A stretch of 64,000 nt of DNA from Kofleriaceae bacterium (GTDB taxonomy: Bacteria; Myxococcota_A; Polyangia; Haliangiales; Haliangiaceae). A model generated the notes under the pieces. The model was given only the letters and a program-made list of their open reading frames with translations, was not told the DNA's origin and ran no database searches. Shown piece by piece: positions 38,217 through 48,550 of the stretch (position 1 is its first letter; the number at the start of each line of letters is the position of its first letter). The position numbers and the translations under genes were made by a program. The DNA is taken from NCBI GenBank assembly GCA_965215005.1, contig CBDCCZ010000018.1:306475-370474 (forward strand), given 5' to 3'.

Positions 38217-39773
38217 TCAGCGTTTGCGAGTGTCGATGATCCCTGAGAGACGCGCGTTGGGAAACAGCCGGTAACCCTGCACGTCTACATTCATGAGCGC
38301 GACGTTGTCCTCGTGCCATAGCGGAATGATCGGCACGTCGCGCGCGAGAATCTGCTGAATCTCGCTGTAGACCTGCATCCGACGCTCGCGGTCCATGGTT
38401 CGCCGCCCCTCTTCGATGAGCGCGTCGACCCGCGGATTGGCGTAGCGCCAGCGGTTGTGGACGTTGAGGTTTTGCGGCGTGGGAATCCGCGAAGAATGAA
38501 AGTACGGATAATACCAATCGGGCTCGACGATCTCGCCGCTCTGCATGGAAGCGAGCTGATAGTTGCCCCGCTTGATGTCGGCAAAGAAGGTCCCGAATTC
38601 GTAGGCGCGAACCTCGACCTCGATGCCAACCGCGGCGAGCTGCGCGGCGATGATCCGAGCGATGACCACGCGAAACGGATCGGCGCTGGTCTTATACGTG
38701 AGGCTCAAACGCGGCACCCCACCGGGACCATCGGGGTCTGAAAATCCAGCCTCATCAAGAAGCGCCCGCGCCTTCGCAGGATCGTAGCCGTAGCGAGCTA
38801 CATCAGGCTCATAAGCCCAATGACTGGGGGCGATGAGCCCGGTCGCGAGTACGGCGCGGCCGCCAAAGCGGGTGCGGATGATGGCATCGCGGTCGATGGC
38901 GTAGGCGATGGCGCGCCGCACCCGCACGTCATTCAGCAGCGGATCGTCGCCCTGCATCATCAGGTACGAGAGAATCGTGCTGGGCCCCGAAGTCGCATAG
39001 ACCCGATCGCGCGCAGCGACATCGTCCACCAGGTCCACGCGCACCTCGTTTTGCATGAGATCGGCCGAGCCGCCAATGAGCATCAAGGCGCGCGCGTTGC
39101 CGTCTTTCACCGTGCGGATGCGCAGCTTGGGGATCGCAGGCACCGGCCCCCGCCAAAACGGATTGCGCTCGAGATAGATATCGCTCGTGCCCTTGCGAGT
39201 CACGCGAAAGGCACCCGCGCCGACGACGTTGCCGCGTGGAAATCGACCGCGGCCATCGGTCGCCGCTTTGGAGACGATGCCAAAGTCGAGATCGCTCCAC
39301 AGCGTGGCCACCGGCTCCGTTAGATGAAAGCGCGCGCGCCTGTCATCGAGCACCTCCACGCGCTCGAACCGCTCGCGAAACCCCTGCTGGTGAAAGCTCT
39401 CGAACTGCGGATCGAGCACGCTCTGGTACGTGAACGCAACATCGGCGGCAGTCACCGGTAGCCCGTTGGAAAACAGCAAGCCCGGCCGCAGCGTCACATC
39501 CCACGTGCGATCATCGACGCGCTCGATCGCCTCGGCCAGCGCCAGCTCCGGCTCTAAGCGGGGGTTGTCGAGGGTGGTGAGCCCCGGCGCGATGAGCCGT
39601 GAGATCTTGTTGTCGAGACTCCTGAGCGCATAGCGCGGGTCGAGATCGGCAACGTCGTCGCTCACGACAACTACGAGGGTGTCATCAGGGGTGCGACGCG
39701 TTCGAGCACACGCGCTCGAGCAGACGATCGCTACCACGAGAGCAATGCTAGTGTGGATGGATGGCAAGCGCAT
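38217..39773 (-). CDS. ABC-type solute-binding protein family 5, lipoprotein
   Basis: SSAC lipobox, DLDPR, VRRAIAYAIDR, YANPRVDALI. Confidence 0.88.
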   Translation of the reverse strand: MRLPSIHTSIALVVAIVCSSACARTRRTPDDTLVVVVSDDVADLDPRYALRSLDNKISRLIAPGLTTLDNPRLEPELALAEAIERVDDRTWDVTLRPGLLFSNGLPVTAADVAFTYQSVLDPQFESFHQQGFRERFERVEVLDDRRARFHLTEPVATLWSDLDFGIVSKAATDGRGRFPRGNVVGAGAFRVTRKGTSDIYLERNPFWRGPVPAIPKLRIRTVKDGNARALMLIGGSADLMQNEVRVDLVDDVAARDRVYATSGPSTILSYLMMQGDDPLLNDVRVRRAIAYAIDRDAIIRTRFGGRAVLATGLIAPSHWAYEPDVARYGYDPAKARALLDEAGFSDPDGPGGVPRLSLTYKTSADPFRVVIARIIAAQLAAVGIEVEVRAYEFGTFFADIKRGNYQLASMQSGEIVEPDWYYPYFHSSRIPTPQNLNVHNRWRYANPRVDALIEEGRRTMDRERRMQVYSEIQQILARDVPIIPLWHEDNVALMNVDVQGYRLFPNARLSGIIDTRKR

Positions 39774-41401
39774 GGGGAGACGAGTTAGCGGCCAGCCGCA
39801 GCGACTCGCTTCGAAGTGCGCCAAGCCGTTGGCTTACGCGCCTCGTCGGCGTTTGCGTCGCGCTAACTACGCTCAGTATTGACACTCAGCCGGCAGCGTC
39901 GCAAGACGACGACACCGTCGATCTCACGCCGCTGCGCGATCGCGTGTTCGGCGCCGGGCCGCCCGCTGGCGACGACGAGGTGCGACGCGACTGGCTGGCG
40001 GCGCGCATCGAAGAGCTCATCGCCGAGCGCAGCGTGCTGGCCGGCGCACGCGTAGGCATTGCGGTCGCCGATCCTCTCACGGGGCAGATGCTGTACGAGC
40101 GCAACGCCGATAGCGCCTACAGCATCGCTTCCAACGCCAAGATCGTCACCGCCGCCGCCGCGTTGGCGCTGCTCGGTCCCGAGTATCGCTATTACACCGC
40201 GGTGTTCGCCGAGCGGATCGGCGGCGCCGGAGCCGTGCTCGGCGACCTCTACGTGCGCGGCCGCGGCGACCCGAGCTTTGGAACCTGGTCGCTCGCGGAG
40301 CTCGCCGACGATATCGCCCACGCCGGCATCACCCGCATCCGCGGCGGCATCGTTCTCGATGACAGCTACTTCGACGAGGTCATTCTGCCGCCGCGCTTCG
40401 CGGACGTCGAAGATGCAGGCGATGAGCATGCTTCCTATCGCGCGCCCATCGGAGCACTCTCGCTCAACTTCAATACCTTCAACATCGTGGTCACGCCTGC
40501 CATGAGCGGTCGAGGACCGGCGCGGGTGGTCATCGAGCCGCCAAACGACTACGTGAAAATCGAGCGCGCGCAGGTCTTCACCACCACTCGCGGGCGCAAT
40601 CGACTTCGCGTGCAGACCCGCGCCGAGGGCGACCAAATGGTCGTGACGGTGGTCGGCCAGATGCGGCGCGACCGCGGCGTGGTGCGCTATCGCCGGCGGG
40701 TTTTGGATCCGGCGCAGTACTTTGGCCAGTGCTTGCGCGCCGCCCTCGAGCAGCGTGGCGTGGCCGTCGCGAATCGCGATGTTCGTCGCGGCCCGGTTCC
40801 CGATTCAGCGCTGCGCATCGCCCAGCGCAGCAGCCCGCCGCTGGCCGAGCTGATCCGAGGGCTCGGCAAGTACTCGAACAACTACGTCGCCGAGATGCTC
40901 CTCAAGACCATCGGCGCCGAGAGTGGCAGCGGCGAGCTCGAGGCGCCCGCCAGCTGGGGCGATGCGGTGGCGGCGGTGAGTCAGTTTTTGATCGACGAAG
41001 TGGGGCTCGCGCCGGGCTCGTTTCGCTTCGACAACGGCTCCGGTCTCTTCGACGCCACCGCCTTTACGCCGCGGCAAATGGTTCACCTGCTGGCCACCAT
41101 CGGCCGCGACTTTCGCTACGGCAGCGACTTGCTCTCGTCGCTATCCCTGGCCGGCGCGGACGGCACGCTGGCGCGGCGGCTCGCCGGCACCGAAGCCGAG
41201 CGTCTGGTGCGCGCCAAGACCGGCACGCTAGCGACGGTATCGGCGCTCTCTGGTTACGCCGCGATCGATGCGCGGCACCCGCTGGCCTTCGCCATCTTTG
41301 TCAATGATACGCCGCGATCCCACGCGGCGCGCTATCACGCCCGTTCGCTGCAAGACGATGTCGCCGAAGCGCTCATCCTCTATCTCCGCGGCGGCCTCTA
41401 G
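39761..41401 (+). CDS. dacB: D-alanyl-D-alanine carboxypeptidase/endopeptidase (PBP4, peptidase S13); start uncertain
   Basis: ASNAK (SxxK), GRGDP, YSNN (SxN), NGSGL, KTGT. Confidence 0.9.
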   Translation: MASAWGDELAASRSDSLRSAPSRWLTRLVGVCVALTTLSIDTQPAASQDDDTVDLTPLRDRVFGAGPPAGDDEVRRDWLAARIEELIAERSVLAGARVGIAVADPLTGQMLYERNADSAYSIASNAKIVTAAAALALLGPEYRYYTAVFAERIGGAGAVLGDLYVRGRGDPSFGTWSLAELADDIAHAGITRIRGGIVLDDSYFDEVILPPRFADVEDAGDEHASYRAPIGALSLNFNTFNIVVTPAMSGRGPARVVIEPPNDYVKIERAQVFTTTRGRNRLRVQTRAEGDQMVVTVVGQMRRDRGVVRYRRRVLDPAQYFGQCLRAALEQRGVAVANRDVRRGPVPDSALRIAQRSSPPLAELIRGLGKYSNNYVAEMLLKTIGAESGSGELEAPASWGDAVAAVSQFLIDEVGLAPGSFRFDNGSGLFDATAFTPRQMVHLLATIGRDFRYGSDLLSSLSLAGADGTLARRLAGTEAERLVRAKTGTLATVSALSGYAAIDARHPLAFAIFVNDTPRSHAARYHARSLQDDVAEALILYLRGGL

Positions 41402-41531
41402 CGCATTGGCTAGCGCTGTCAACCTCGCGAAAGCAGAGCGAAAACCCGTTAGAGCCGCGCTTGCCGCCATAGCGTCGTGCGTGCTACGACTGCGCCAGCA
41501 CCACGCAACAGGGAACTCCAGGAGAAAGTCA

Positions 41532-41951
41532 ATGGCATCGCTGAAGGGCAGCAAGACGCACAGCAACCTCAAAGAGGCATTCGCCGGTGAGTCACAGGCA
41601 AACCGACGATATCTCTACTTCGCCAAGCAAGCCGATGTCGAAGGTCACCCCGACCTCGCTGGCCTGTTCCGCGACACGGCGGAAGGCGAGACCGGTCATG
41701 CCCACGGCCACCTCGACTTCCTCAAGCAGGTCGGCGATCCGGCAACCGACGAGCCCATCGGCTCCACCCAACAGAACCTCAAGGCAGCTATCGCCGGCGA
41801 GACGTACGAGTACACCGAGATGTACCCAGGCTTCGCCAAGACCGCTCGCAATGAAGGCTTTGACGAGATCGCCGAATGGTTCGAGACGCTAGCCCGTGCC
41901 GAGCGCTCTCACGCCGGTCGGTTCCAAAAGGGTCTCGACACGATGGAGTGA
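41532..41951 (+). CDS. Rubrerythrin (short, no rubredoxin domain)
   Basis: [42 protein letters not shown]. Confidence 0.93.
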   Translation: MASLKGSKTHSNLKEAFAGESQANRRYLYFAKQADVEGHPDLAGLFRDTAEGETGHAHGHLDFLKQVGDPATDEPIGSTQQNLKAAIAGETYEYTEMYPGFAKTARNEGFDEIAEWFETLARAERSHAGRFQKGLDTME

Positions 41952-41990
41952 GGGTTTGGCGCAGGCTCGCCTGCGACTCTCACCACTCAA

Positions 41991-42025
41991 AAGCGGCTCG
42001 GGCATCACGTCCGAGCCGTTTTGTT
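41991..42025 (+). terminator. Intrinsic terminator after rubrerythrin
   Basis: AAGCGGCTCGG-N9-CCGAGCCGTTT followed by TGTT. Confidence 0.7.
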
Positions 42026-42053
42026 GTTCCAGAGCCCGCGTTATAGGAGCACC

Positions 42054-42644
42054 ATGGCCGACCTAACTCGCCCCATCACCCGCGCGGACATCAAAGGTCC
42101 TGCCGTTTACGCCGGCATGCGAGACGATTTCCGCAAGCGGATCATCGAGCTCAAGAAGCCACGCCGCGTAAGCGTCGGCGACCGCGTGACGCTGGTGTTC
42201 GAGAACCGCCACACGCTGCTGTTTCAGGTCGAGGAGATGCTGCGCGCCGAAGGGCTGCACGAAGATCGGCAGATCAACGAGGAGCTCGAGGTCTACAACG
42301 CGCTAATGCCGACCGCCGATTCGCTCTCGGCAACTCTGTTCCTCGAGGTGCCGCCCGGCGCAAATGCCCGTACCGAGCTCGATCGGCTCATCGGTCTCGA
42401 CGAGCACGTCATACTCCACATCGGGCCTCATGCTATCCGCGCCGAGTTCGAAGCCGGCCGCTCCTCCGATCAGCGCATCTCAGCGGTTCAATACACCCGC
42501 TTTCGCTTGTCGCCGGACGCCAAGCAGGCGCTGCTAGCGGCGGATACGCCGATGTCCCTCGAGATCGATCATCCCGAGTATCAGCACGTCACCCAATGCG
42601 ACGAGACCACGAGGGCATCGCTGGCCGGCGACTACGCCGGCTGA
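42054..42644 (+). CDS. DUF3501-family protein
   Basis: [36 protein letters not shown]; known neighbour of aerobic rubrerythrins; AGGAG RBS. Confidence 0.85.
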   Translation: MADLTRPITRADIKGPAVYAGMRDDFRKRIIELKKPRRVSVGDRVTLVFENRHTLLFQVEEMLRAEGLHEDRQINEELEVYNALMPTADSLSATLFLEVPPGANARTELDRLIGLDEHVILHIGPHAIRAEFEAGRSSDQRISAVQYTRFRLSPDAKQALLAADTPMSLEIDHPEYQHVTQCDETTRASLAGDYAG

Positions 42645-42923
42645 AGGTTGCAGCCGACGCCACGTGTCTGTGGTCGCGGCAACGGAGCGAGAGTCGCAGT
42701 GCTAAGCAGACAACGCAGCGCGAATACCCTGCGTTGACGGTGCACACTGCAGCACCTTTGCTGGCCTTGGCCTCTACGAATGTATCGTTGGTATTCGCTC
42801 ACGCATAATCGACAGGTAATGCGTGGCGGCGGAGACTGTCCAATGCGATGCCGCGGCGTTGGAATGCAATTCTAGGCTTCGGTGAGGCGACACCAGCGCC
42901 GATGAAAATCCCCGTATAGATAC

Positions 42924-43074
42924 GAGAATCACCTCCTGCGTGCGGCCACGAGCTCGGCATTCCTGCTACGGGACTCGACTACTGCAGCAACGTGACCCTT
43001 ACATTCAGGACGATTCGCCCGTGGTCCCTCACCGCCCGACCTCGACGGTTGCGGCCAAGGCAGAGGAGTTCACC
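42924..43074 (+). ncRNA. Candidate structured ncRNA (6S RNA-like long bulged hairpin); strand tentative
   Basis: Nested pairing by eye: GAATCACCTCCTGC/GCAGAGGAGTTC (imperfect), GCGGCC/GGTTGC, CGAG/CTCG, TCGG/CCGA, bubble, GGGAC/GTCCC. TATAGA lies just upstream. Confidence 0.4.
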
Positions 43075-43115
43075 CCGATAGCGACCGCTGCTCACTTGCG
43101 ATAGACTGACGTGCG

Positions 43116-43787
43116 TTGGCTGATGAGGAATACATCAACGCGCGGGACCTCGTGGCACTGGCCATCTTCCCGTTGCCGAATGCGGTGCTTCTTCCAGGAT
43201 CGCTCTTGCCGTTGCACGTCTTCGAGCCGCGTTATCGCGACCTCACACGCGATGTTCTCGACGGCTCGCGGCTAATGGGAGTGCCTCTTCTTCGTCCCGG
43301 CTTCGAGTCCAACTACGATGGCCGCCCGCCGGTGTATCCGACCACCGGCATCGGTCGGATCATCGCGTGCGAAGAGCTGCCGGATGGGCGTTACCACGTG
43401 CTTCTTCGCGGGCTCGCGCGCGCGCGCATTGAGCAAGAGCTCCCCATCGAGCGGAGTTATCGGCAAGTTCGAGCCGACCTGCTCGGTGACGCTCCAGTCG
43501 ATGACCGCGAGCAGCTCGGCAGCTATCATCAGCAGCTCGTGGCACTCTGCGACCGCCTCTCGCTCGCCATGGATCACGGCGGCGCGCAGCTTCGCGAGCT
43601 GGTGCGCAGCGAACGGCAACCGGGCCTATGCGCCGACATGGTCGCCGCAGCGCTCGTGCAAGACATCGGCGAGCGCCAGCGACTCCTCGAGACGGCGGAC
43701 CCAATCGCGCGGGTCGCTCGTACTGCCGAGCACGTCGGGCGGCTGCTCATCGAGCTCGGCCCGAGCCACACCGAGCTGCCCAACTGA
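43116..43787 (+). CDS. Lon N-terminal substrate-binding domain protein (stand-alone)
   Basis: IFPLPNAVLLPG, LPLHVFEPRY, LPDGRY, LRGLARARI. Confidence 0.88.
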   Translation: MADEEYINARDLVALAIFPLPNAVLLPGSLLPLHVFEPRYRDLTRDVLDGSRLMGVPLLRPGFESNYDGRPPVYPTTGIGRIIACEELPDGRYHVLLRGLARARIEQELPIERSYRQVRADLLGDAPVDDREQLGSYHQQLVALCDRLSLAMDHGGAQLRELVRSERQPGLCADMVAAALVQDIGERQRLLETADPIARVARTAEHVGRLLIELGPSHTELPN

Positions 43788-43848
43788 AGGCACCCGCGCG
43801 TGGGACAGCGCGCGCTGGGTCGACTCGCAAGCCGCCGCGCAGCGCGCT

Positions 43849-44943
43849 TTACCGAATCACTGCCAGCCGGGGACTCTTCTTTGGCTTGGCGAGAATCGGC
43901 TTGGCGATGTTGAGCGCCACCCGCGAGGCGATATCCATGAACGTGCGGGCGTGCTCAGAATCGGGCGAGGAAAGCACGATAGGTACGCCGCTATCGCCGC
44001 CAAACCGGATCCGCGTGTCGATAGGAATCTCTCCCAAGAACTCAGCGCCGATCTCCTGAGCCAGACGCTTGCCGCCGCCGTGCGAGAAGATCTCGTCGTG
44101 GTGACCGCACGCCGGACAGCGGTAGTACGCCATGTTCTCGATGATGCCGAGCACCGGAATCTCGACCTTCTCAAACATGGAGATTCCCTTGACCACGTCG
44201 ATGATCGAAACCTCTTGCGGAGTGGTCACCATCACCGAGCCGGCAATGGGAATCAGCTGTGACAGCGACAGCTGCACGTCCCCCGTTCCAGGCGGCAAGT
44301 CGCAAACGAGATAGTCGAGCTCCCCCCACTGCACGTCGCCCAGGAACTGCTGGAGCAGCCGATGCACCATGGGCCCGCGCCAGACCACCGCCTCTTCTTT
44401 ATTGACGAAGAAGCCCACGGAGATAACCGCCAGCCCGTGATGGACCGCTGGCGTGATGTGCTTGTCGCCAACGGCACCGGCCGGTTTGCTCGGCGGGCCG
44501 AGCATGGTCGGAATCGACGGGCCGAAGACATCCGCGTCGAGGAGCCCGACTTTGGCGCCATGACGCTGGAGCGCCAACGCGAGGTTGGTAGCAACCGTTG
44601 ATTTACCTACGCCACCCTTGCCCGCCGCCACTGCGACAACGTTCTTGGGGCCGCGTAGGAGCATCTTTTCACTGGTGGGAGGGGCGTGCGCGGTCTCCAC
44701 CTGCATATGCACTGTGACGGTCGCGGCACCCGCAGCGGTCAGTGCCTTCTTGATGCGCGCTTCGAGCTCGGCCCGCGCGCTCGGCGGATACGCGTGGGTC
44801 GGCAGGGTGATGTTGACCAGCACCTCGCTGCCCGACACTTCGGCGCTCGTGAACAACCGATACGAAACGATGTCTTTGCCGAAGGCGGGGTCGTCGACCT
44901 TGGCCAGAAGCTCTTTAACCGAGCTAGTGTCGAGCTTGCTCAT
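43849..44943 (-). CDS. apbC: Mrp/NBP35 Fe-S cluster carrier ATPase ApbC
   Basis: GKGGVGKST, DADVFGPS, WRGPM, DLPPGTGD, ENMAYYRCPAC. Confidence 0.95.
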   Translation of the reverse strand: MSKLDTSSVKELLAKVDDPAFGKDIVSYRLFTSAEVSGSEVLVNITLPTHAYPPSARAELEARIKKALTAAGAATVTVHMQVETAHAPPTSEKMLLRGPKNVVAVAAGKGGVGKSTVATNLALALQRHGAKVGLLDADVFGPSIPTMLGPPSKPAGAVGDKHITPAVHHGLAVISVGFFVNKEEAVVWRGPMVHRLLQQFLGDVQWGELDYLVCDLPPGTGDVQLSLSQLIPIAGSVMVTTPQEVSIIDVVKGISMFEKVEIPVLGIIENMAYYRCPACGHHDEIFSHGGGKRLAQEIGAEFLGEIPIDTRIRFGGDSGVPIVLSSPDSEHARTFMDIASRVALNIAKPILAKPKKSPRLAVIR

Positions 44944-45151
44944 GAACGGCGCGTTCCTTCGCTAATTCGGTCAGCGGTGCGCAGGAACCGGAGCAACCCA
45001 GTTGCTTGCTCAGCTGCGCACCCAGCGGTCGTGCGACGCCATCGATGGCGTGAGGCGACTCTGGGCCGCCCCGACGCGGGGCAAGGGTCGAGCTCCGCTG
45101 CTCTAGCCCCGATTTCGGCGTCTTCCGCATCCATTGTTATCTTTCAGCGGT

Positions 45152-45778
45152 TCACGACTTGCGTCGCAAGTTAGCCGCCGCGCGCGCCGCGTCAGCGGCG
45201 ATGTGTCCCATCTTGGATCGCTTCACACTCAGATAGGCAGCGCTGTGCTCGCTGGCGTCCACCCAGTGCGACTCCTGCGCAGCGACCGCGATACCGGCCG
45301 CTTCGAGACCCTCGATCTTGGCGGGATTGTTGGTCATCAGACGAACCGACTCCACCCCGAGCTCGCGTAGCATTGCCGCCGCGATCTCGTAGCTGCGCAT
45401 GTCGGCGTCAAAGCCAAGCGCCAGGTTGGCTTCGACGGTGTCGACGCCTTCATCTTGCAAGGCATACGCGCGCACCTTGTTGCCAAGGCCAATGCCACGA
45501 CCTTCTTGATTGAGGTACACCAGCACGCCACTGCCCTCGGCCGCGATGCGCGCGAGCGCCTCGTCGAGCTGAGCCCTGCAGTCGCAGCGCAGCGAGCCAA
45601 GCACCTCACCGGTGAAACACGCTGAGTGCACCCGCGTCAGCACGTCGGCCTGCCCGCGCACCTCGCCCATGATCATGGCGCTGTGCTCGACCTCGGCGAA
45701 CCGAAACACCACCAGACAAAACCGCCCGTGCGGGGTCGGCAGGTAGGCTTCGGAATAACGCGAGCTGGTGTCGGACAT
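45152..45778 (-). CDS. ribA: GTP cyclohydrolase II
   Basis: RVHSACFTGEVLGSLRCDC, QEGRGIGL, LMTNNP. Confidence 0.95.
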   Translation of the reverse strand: MSDTSSRYSEAYLPTPHGRFCLVVFRFAEVEHSAMIMGEVRGQADVLTRVHSACFTGEVLGSLRCDCRAQLDEALARIAAEGSGVLVYLNQEGRGIGLGNKVRAYALQDEGVDTVEANLALGFDADMRSYEIAAAMLRELGVESVRLMTNNPAKIEGLEAAGIAVAAQESHWVDASEHSAAYLSVKRSKMGHIAADAARAAANLRRKS

Positions 45779-45874
45779 GTTGCAGGTACCGCGCGGCGCA
45801 ACGGCTGCTACTCTATGTCTCCAGCGGCAGCGAATGTCAATGCACGACCCAGCTAAAGGCTTGATTTCCCTTCG

Positions 45875-45903
45875 TTGACAGCGATAGGGCGGCAGATTAA
45901 GGT
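45875..45903 (+). promoter_or_regulatory. Sigma70-like promoter of def-folB
   Basis: TTGACA-N17-TAAGGT ending 9 nt before the ATG. Confidence 0.55.
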
Positions 45904-45912
45904 GAGGCTTCC

Positions 45913-46448
45913 ATGGCTGTACGACCGATCGTAGTGTGGCCCGATTCGCGACTTCGTCAGGAAACCCGCGCCGTCGGTGAGATCTCCGATGCAGTGCGGG
46001 CTCTCTACCAGGACCTGGTGGACACGATGTATGCGCTCAACGGCCTAGGCATCGCGGCCATCCAGATCGGTGACGCCACGAAGATGTTCTTGGTGGATCC
46101 CGCGCTCGCAGGCAGAAGCGAAGAGGATCTACCGGTCGCGTTCATCAATCCCGAAGTGCTGTGGGTGAGCGACGAGACCGAGAAGAACGAAGAGGGATGC
46201 CTGTCCTTTCCGGGGGTCTATGTGCCGGTCGACCGTCCCCTGCGCGCGCGCGTGCGCGCCATGGGCATCGACGGCGAGTTGTTTGAGGTCGAGGGCGAGG
46301 GACTATTTGCGCGCTGCATGCTGCACGAGAACGACCACCTCACCGGCAAGCTGCTCGTGGACTTCGTTGGGCCTCTCAAGAAGCAAATGATCAAGCGCAA
46401 GCTCAAACGAGCCGGTGGCGGCTCCGACGATGCCGACGCCGCCGCTGG

Positions 46449-46452
<4 letters not shown>
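45913..46452 (+). CDS. def: Peptide deformylase
   Basis: GLGIAAIQ, EGCLS, HENDHL. Confidence 0.96.
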
Positions 46453-46862
<410 letters not shown>

Positions 46863-46880
46863 GGCAGCCCGCGGCGGTGC

Positions 46881-47693
46881 TCAGTCGACCAGTTTGAGGT
46901 GACTTGCGCGCCGCTTAACGGGCCGCTCGCTCTCGCCGCAGCCGTTCTCTGGGTTCCCCGCCGTCGGTTTCCGCGACTTCCCTGGCCGCTGGCCCGGTCC
47001 TGCCCCTTTGCCCACGGACTTGTTCGCCATGTGATCGAGCACGATCGCCGGCACGTCGTCCGGCCAAACCATGCCACGCTGATCCGCCTCGGCCACCGCG
47101 GCGTAGAGCGCTTCCCAGGGCAGAATGCAGTAGAACGGCACCCCGCCAAACGTGAGCGTTCCAGCGATGCCATCTTCGTCAACCTCGAGATCGACGATCG
47201 CCGGCGACAACCCGTAGCCAAAGCGCAGCACCAGCTTGGGATCAGCGCCAAACTGCGGCGGCACGCACACCCCTTCCACCCGCGCATCGATATGGACCAA
47301 CACCGGCCCTTCGGTGAGAAGCTCCTCCACGAACTCCTGCTTGTCGGGCAAGACTGCGCTCTCGTCATCAAGCGGCGGCGACGCCGAAACCTCGACCGGA
47401 CGCACGCCTACCAGCTCGATGAACTCCTCTTCGGTCACTAGAGCCGCGTCGAACGCATCGCGGAGCACCGCGCCCGCGCTCGCCGGGTCGACCTGCGCAA
47501 TACGGCTGGCCATCCGCTCGGAGCGAGCCGCGTGCTTGAGCACCTCCGCGTGGGCCGCGAACGGATCGAGCTCGCCGCCGCGCCAGCTGTGGAGGGCTTC
47601 CTCCACTTGTGCGAGCGACTCACTCAGTTGGTGCTTTAAGAGCGAGGTCAACACCGCCTGCAGGCGGCTCAGCTTCTGTTCGTCGGCGGACAC
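46881..47693 (-). CDS. SspB-like ClpXP adaptor with extra N-terminal helical domain
   Basis: VHIDARVEGVCVP, TLTFGGVPFYCILPWEAL, MVWPDDVP, C-terminal HLKLVD. Start inferred at GTG 47693. Confidence 0.7.
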   Translation of the reverse strand: MSADEQKLSRLQAVLTSLLKHQLSESLAQVEEALHSWRGGELDPFAAHAEVLKHAARSERMASRIAQVDPASAGAVLRDAFDAALVTEEEFIELVGVRPVEVSASPPLDDESAVLPDKQEFVEELLTEGPVLVHIDARVEGVCVPPQFGADPKLVLRFGYGLSPAIVDLEVDEDGIAGTLTFGGVPFYCILPWEALYAAVAEADQRGMVWPDDVPAIVLDHMANKSVGKGAGPGQRPGKSRKPTAGNPENGCGESERPVKRRASHLKLVD

Positions 47694-47724
47694 TGTGAGT
47701 ACTATAGGGATAAGTAGGCGCAGA

Positions 47725-48157
47725 TCAACGGAGGCTTGCGAACAGCTCGCGCAGATCGTCGGGGATCGGGACAGCGCGGAACGCCTCGAGGTCGACCACG
47801 GCGCAGATGGTTTGCCCTTCCGCGGCCAGCACCGGCGCGGTAGAGCCCGCTTCATCTAGGCGCCAGATGCGGTAGCCAAAGGTGACCGACTTGTCGCCTA
47901 ACTCCGCGACACGCATTTCTATTTTGGCACTGTCGCCAAACGCCAGCGGCGCTTGGTAGGAACATTCCGCGCGCACCGCAGGGAAACCGATGCGACGATC
48001 ATCGAGAAGCTCTACGTAGGCTCTGGCACCCATTTTCGCGCGGAAGAATTCCTCGAAGCAGACGTGAAAATAGTGCAGGAACCGCGGGTAATAGGACGAT
48101 GCCGGCGTGGTCGACGTCGGCAAATCTCACGGCCAGCGTATGGGTAAACGGCGGCAT
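47725..48157 (-). CDS. Acyl-CoA thioesterase (4HBT/YbgC hotdog); +1 frameshift at ~48094
   Basis: [30 protein letters not shown] is continuous after removing one C. Confidence 0.85.
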
Positions 48158-48189
48158 GCGGCGTGGGTGGCGCAGGGATCCGCAGCTCT

Positions 48190-48537
48190 TTAGCCGGCCT
48201 TCTTACGCTCATCTGGATTCTCGTCGAGCCACGCTTGCAGACTCTCTGGAGTGATTTCCACCACCAGATCCTCATCGGCCACCCGCACTTGGCATCCAAG
48301 CCGCGACTCCGCACGCACGTCGAACGCTTTATCGAGAATGTCGTCCTCCATGTCACTCATGTCGTCGAGCGAATCGAAGCCGCGCTCGATCCACACGTGA
48401 CACGTCGAGCAAGCGAGATTGCCGCCGCACGCGTGCCCTACGCGAGCGCCGCATTCTTCGGCCGCCTCGAGCACTGTGACGCCTCCATCGACCTCTATCG
48501 TGCGCTCGTCGGGGTTGAGAAACGTTATCTTTGGCAT
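48190..48537 (-). CDS. fdx: ISC [2Fe-2S] ferredoxin
   Basis: HACGGNLACSTCHV, SRLGCQ. Confidence 0.94.
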   Translation of the reverse strand: MPKITFLNPDERTIEVDGGVTVLEAAEECGARVGHACGGNLACSTCHVWIERGFDSLDDMSDMEDDILDKAFDVRAESRLGCQVRVADEDLVVEITPESLQAWLDENPDERKKAG

Positions 48538-48550
48538 CGCTATCTCCGCC

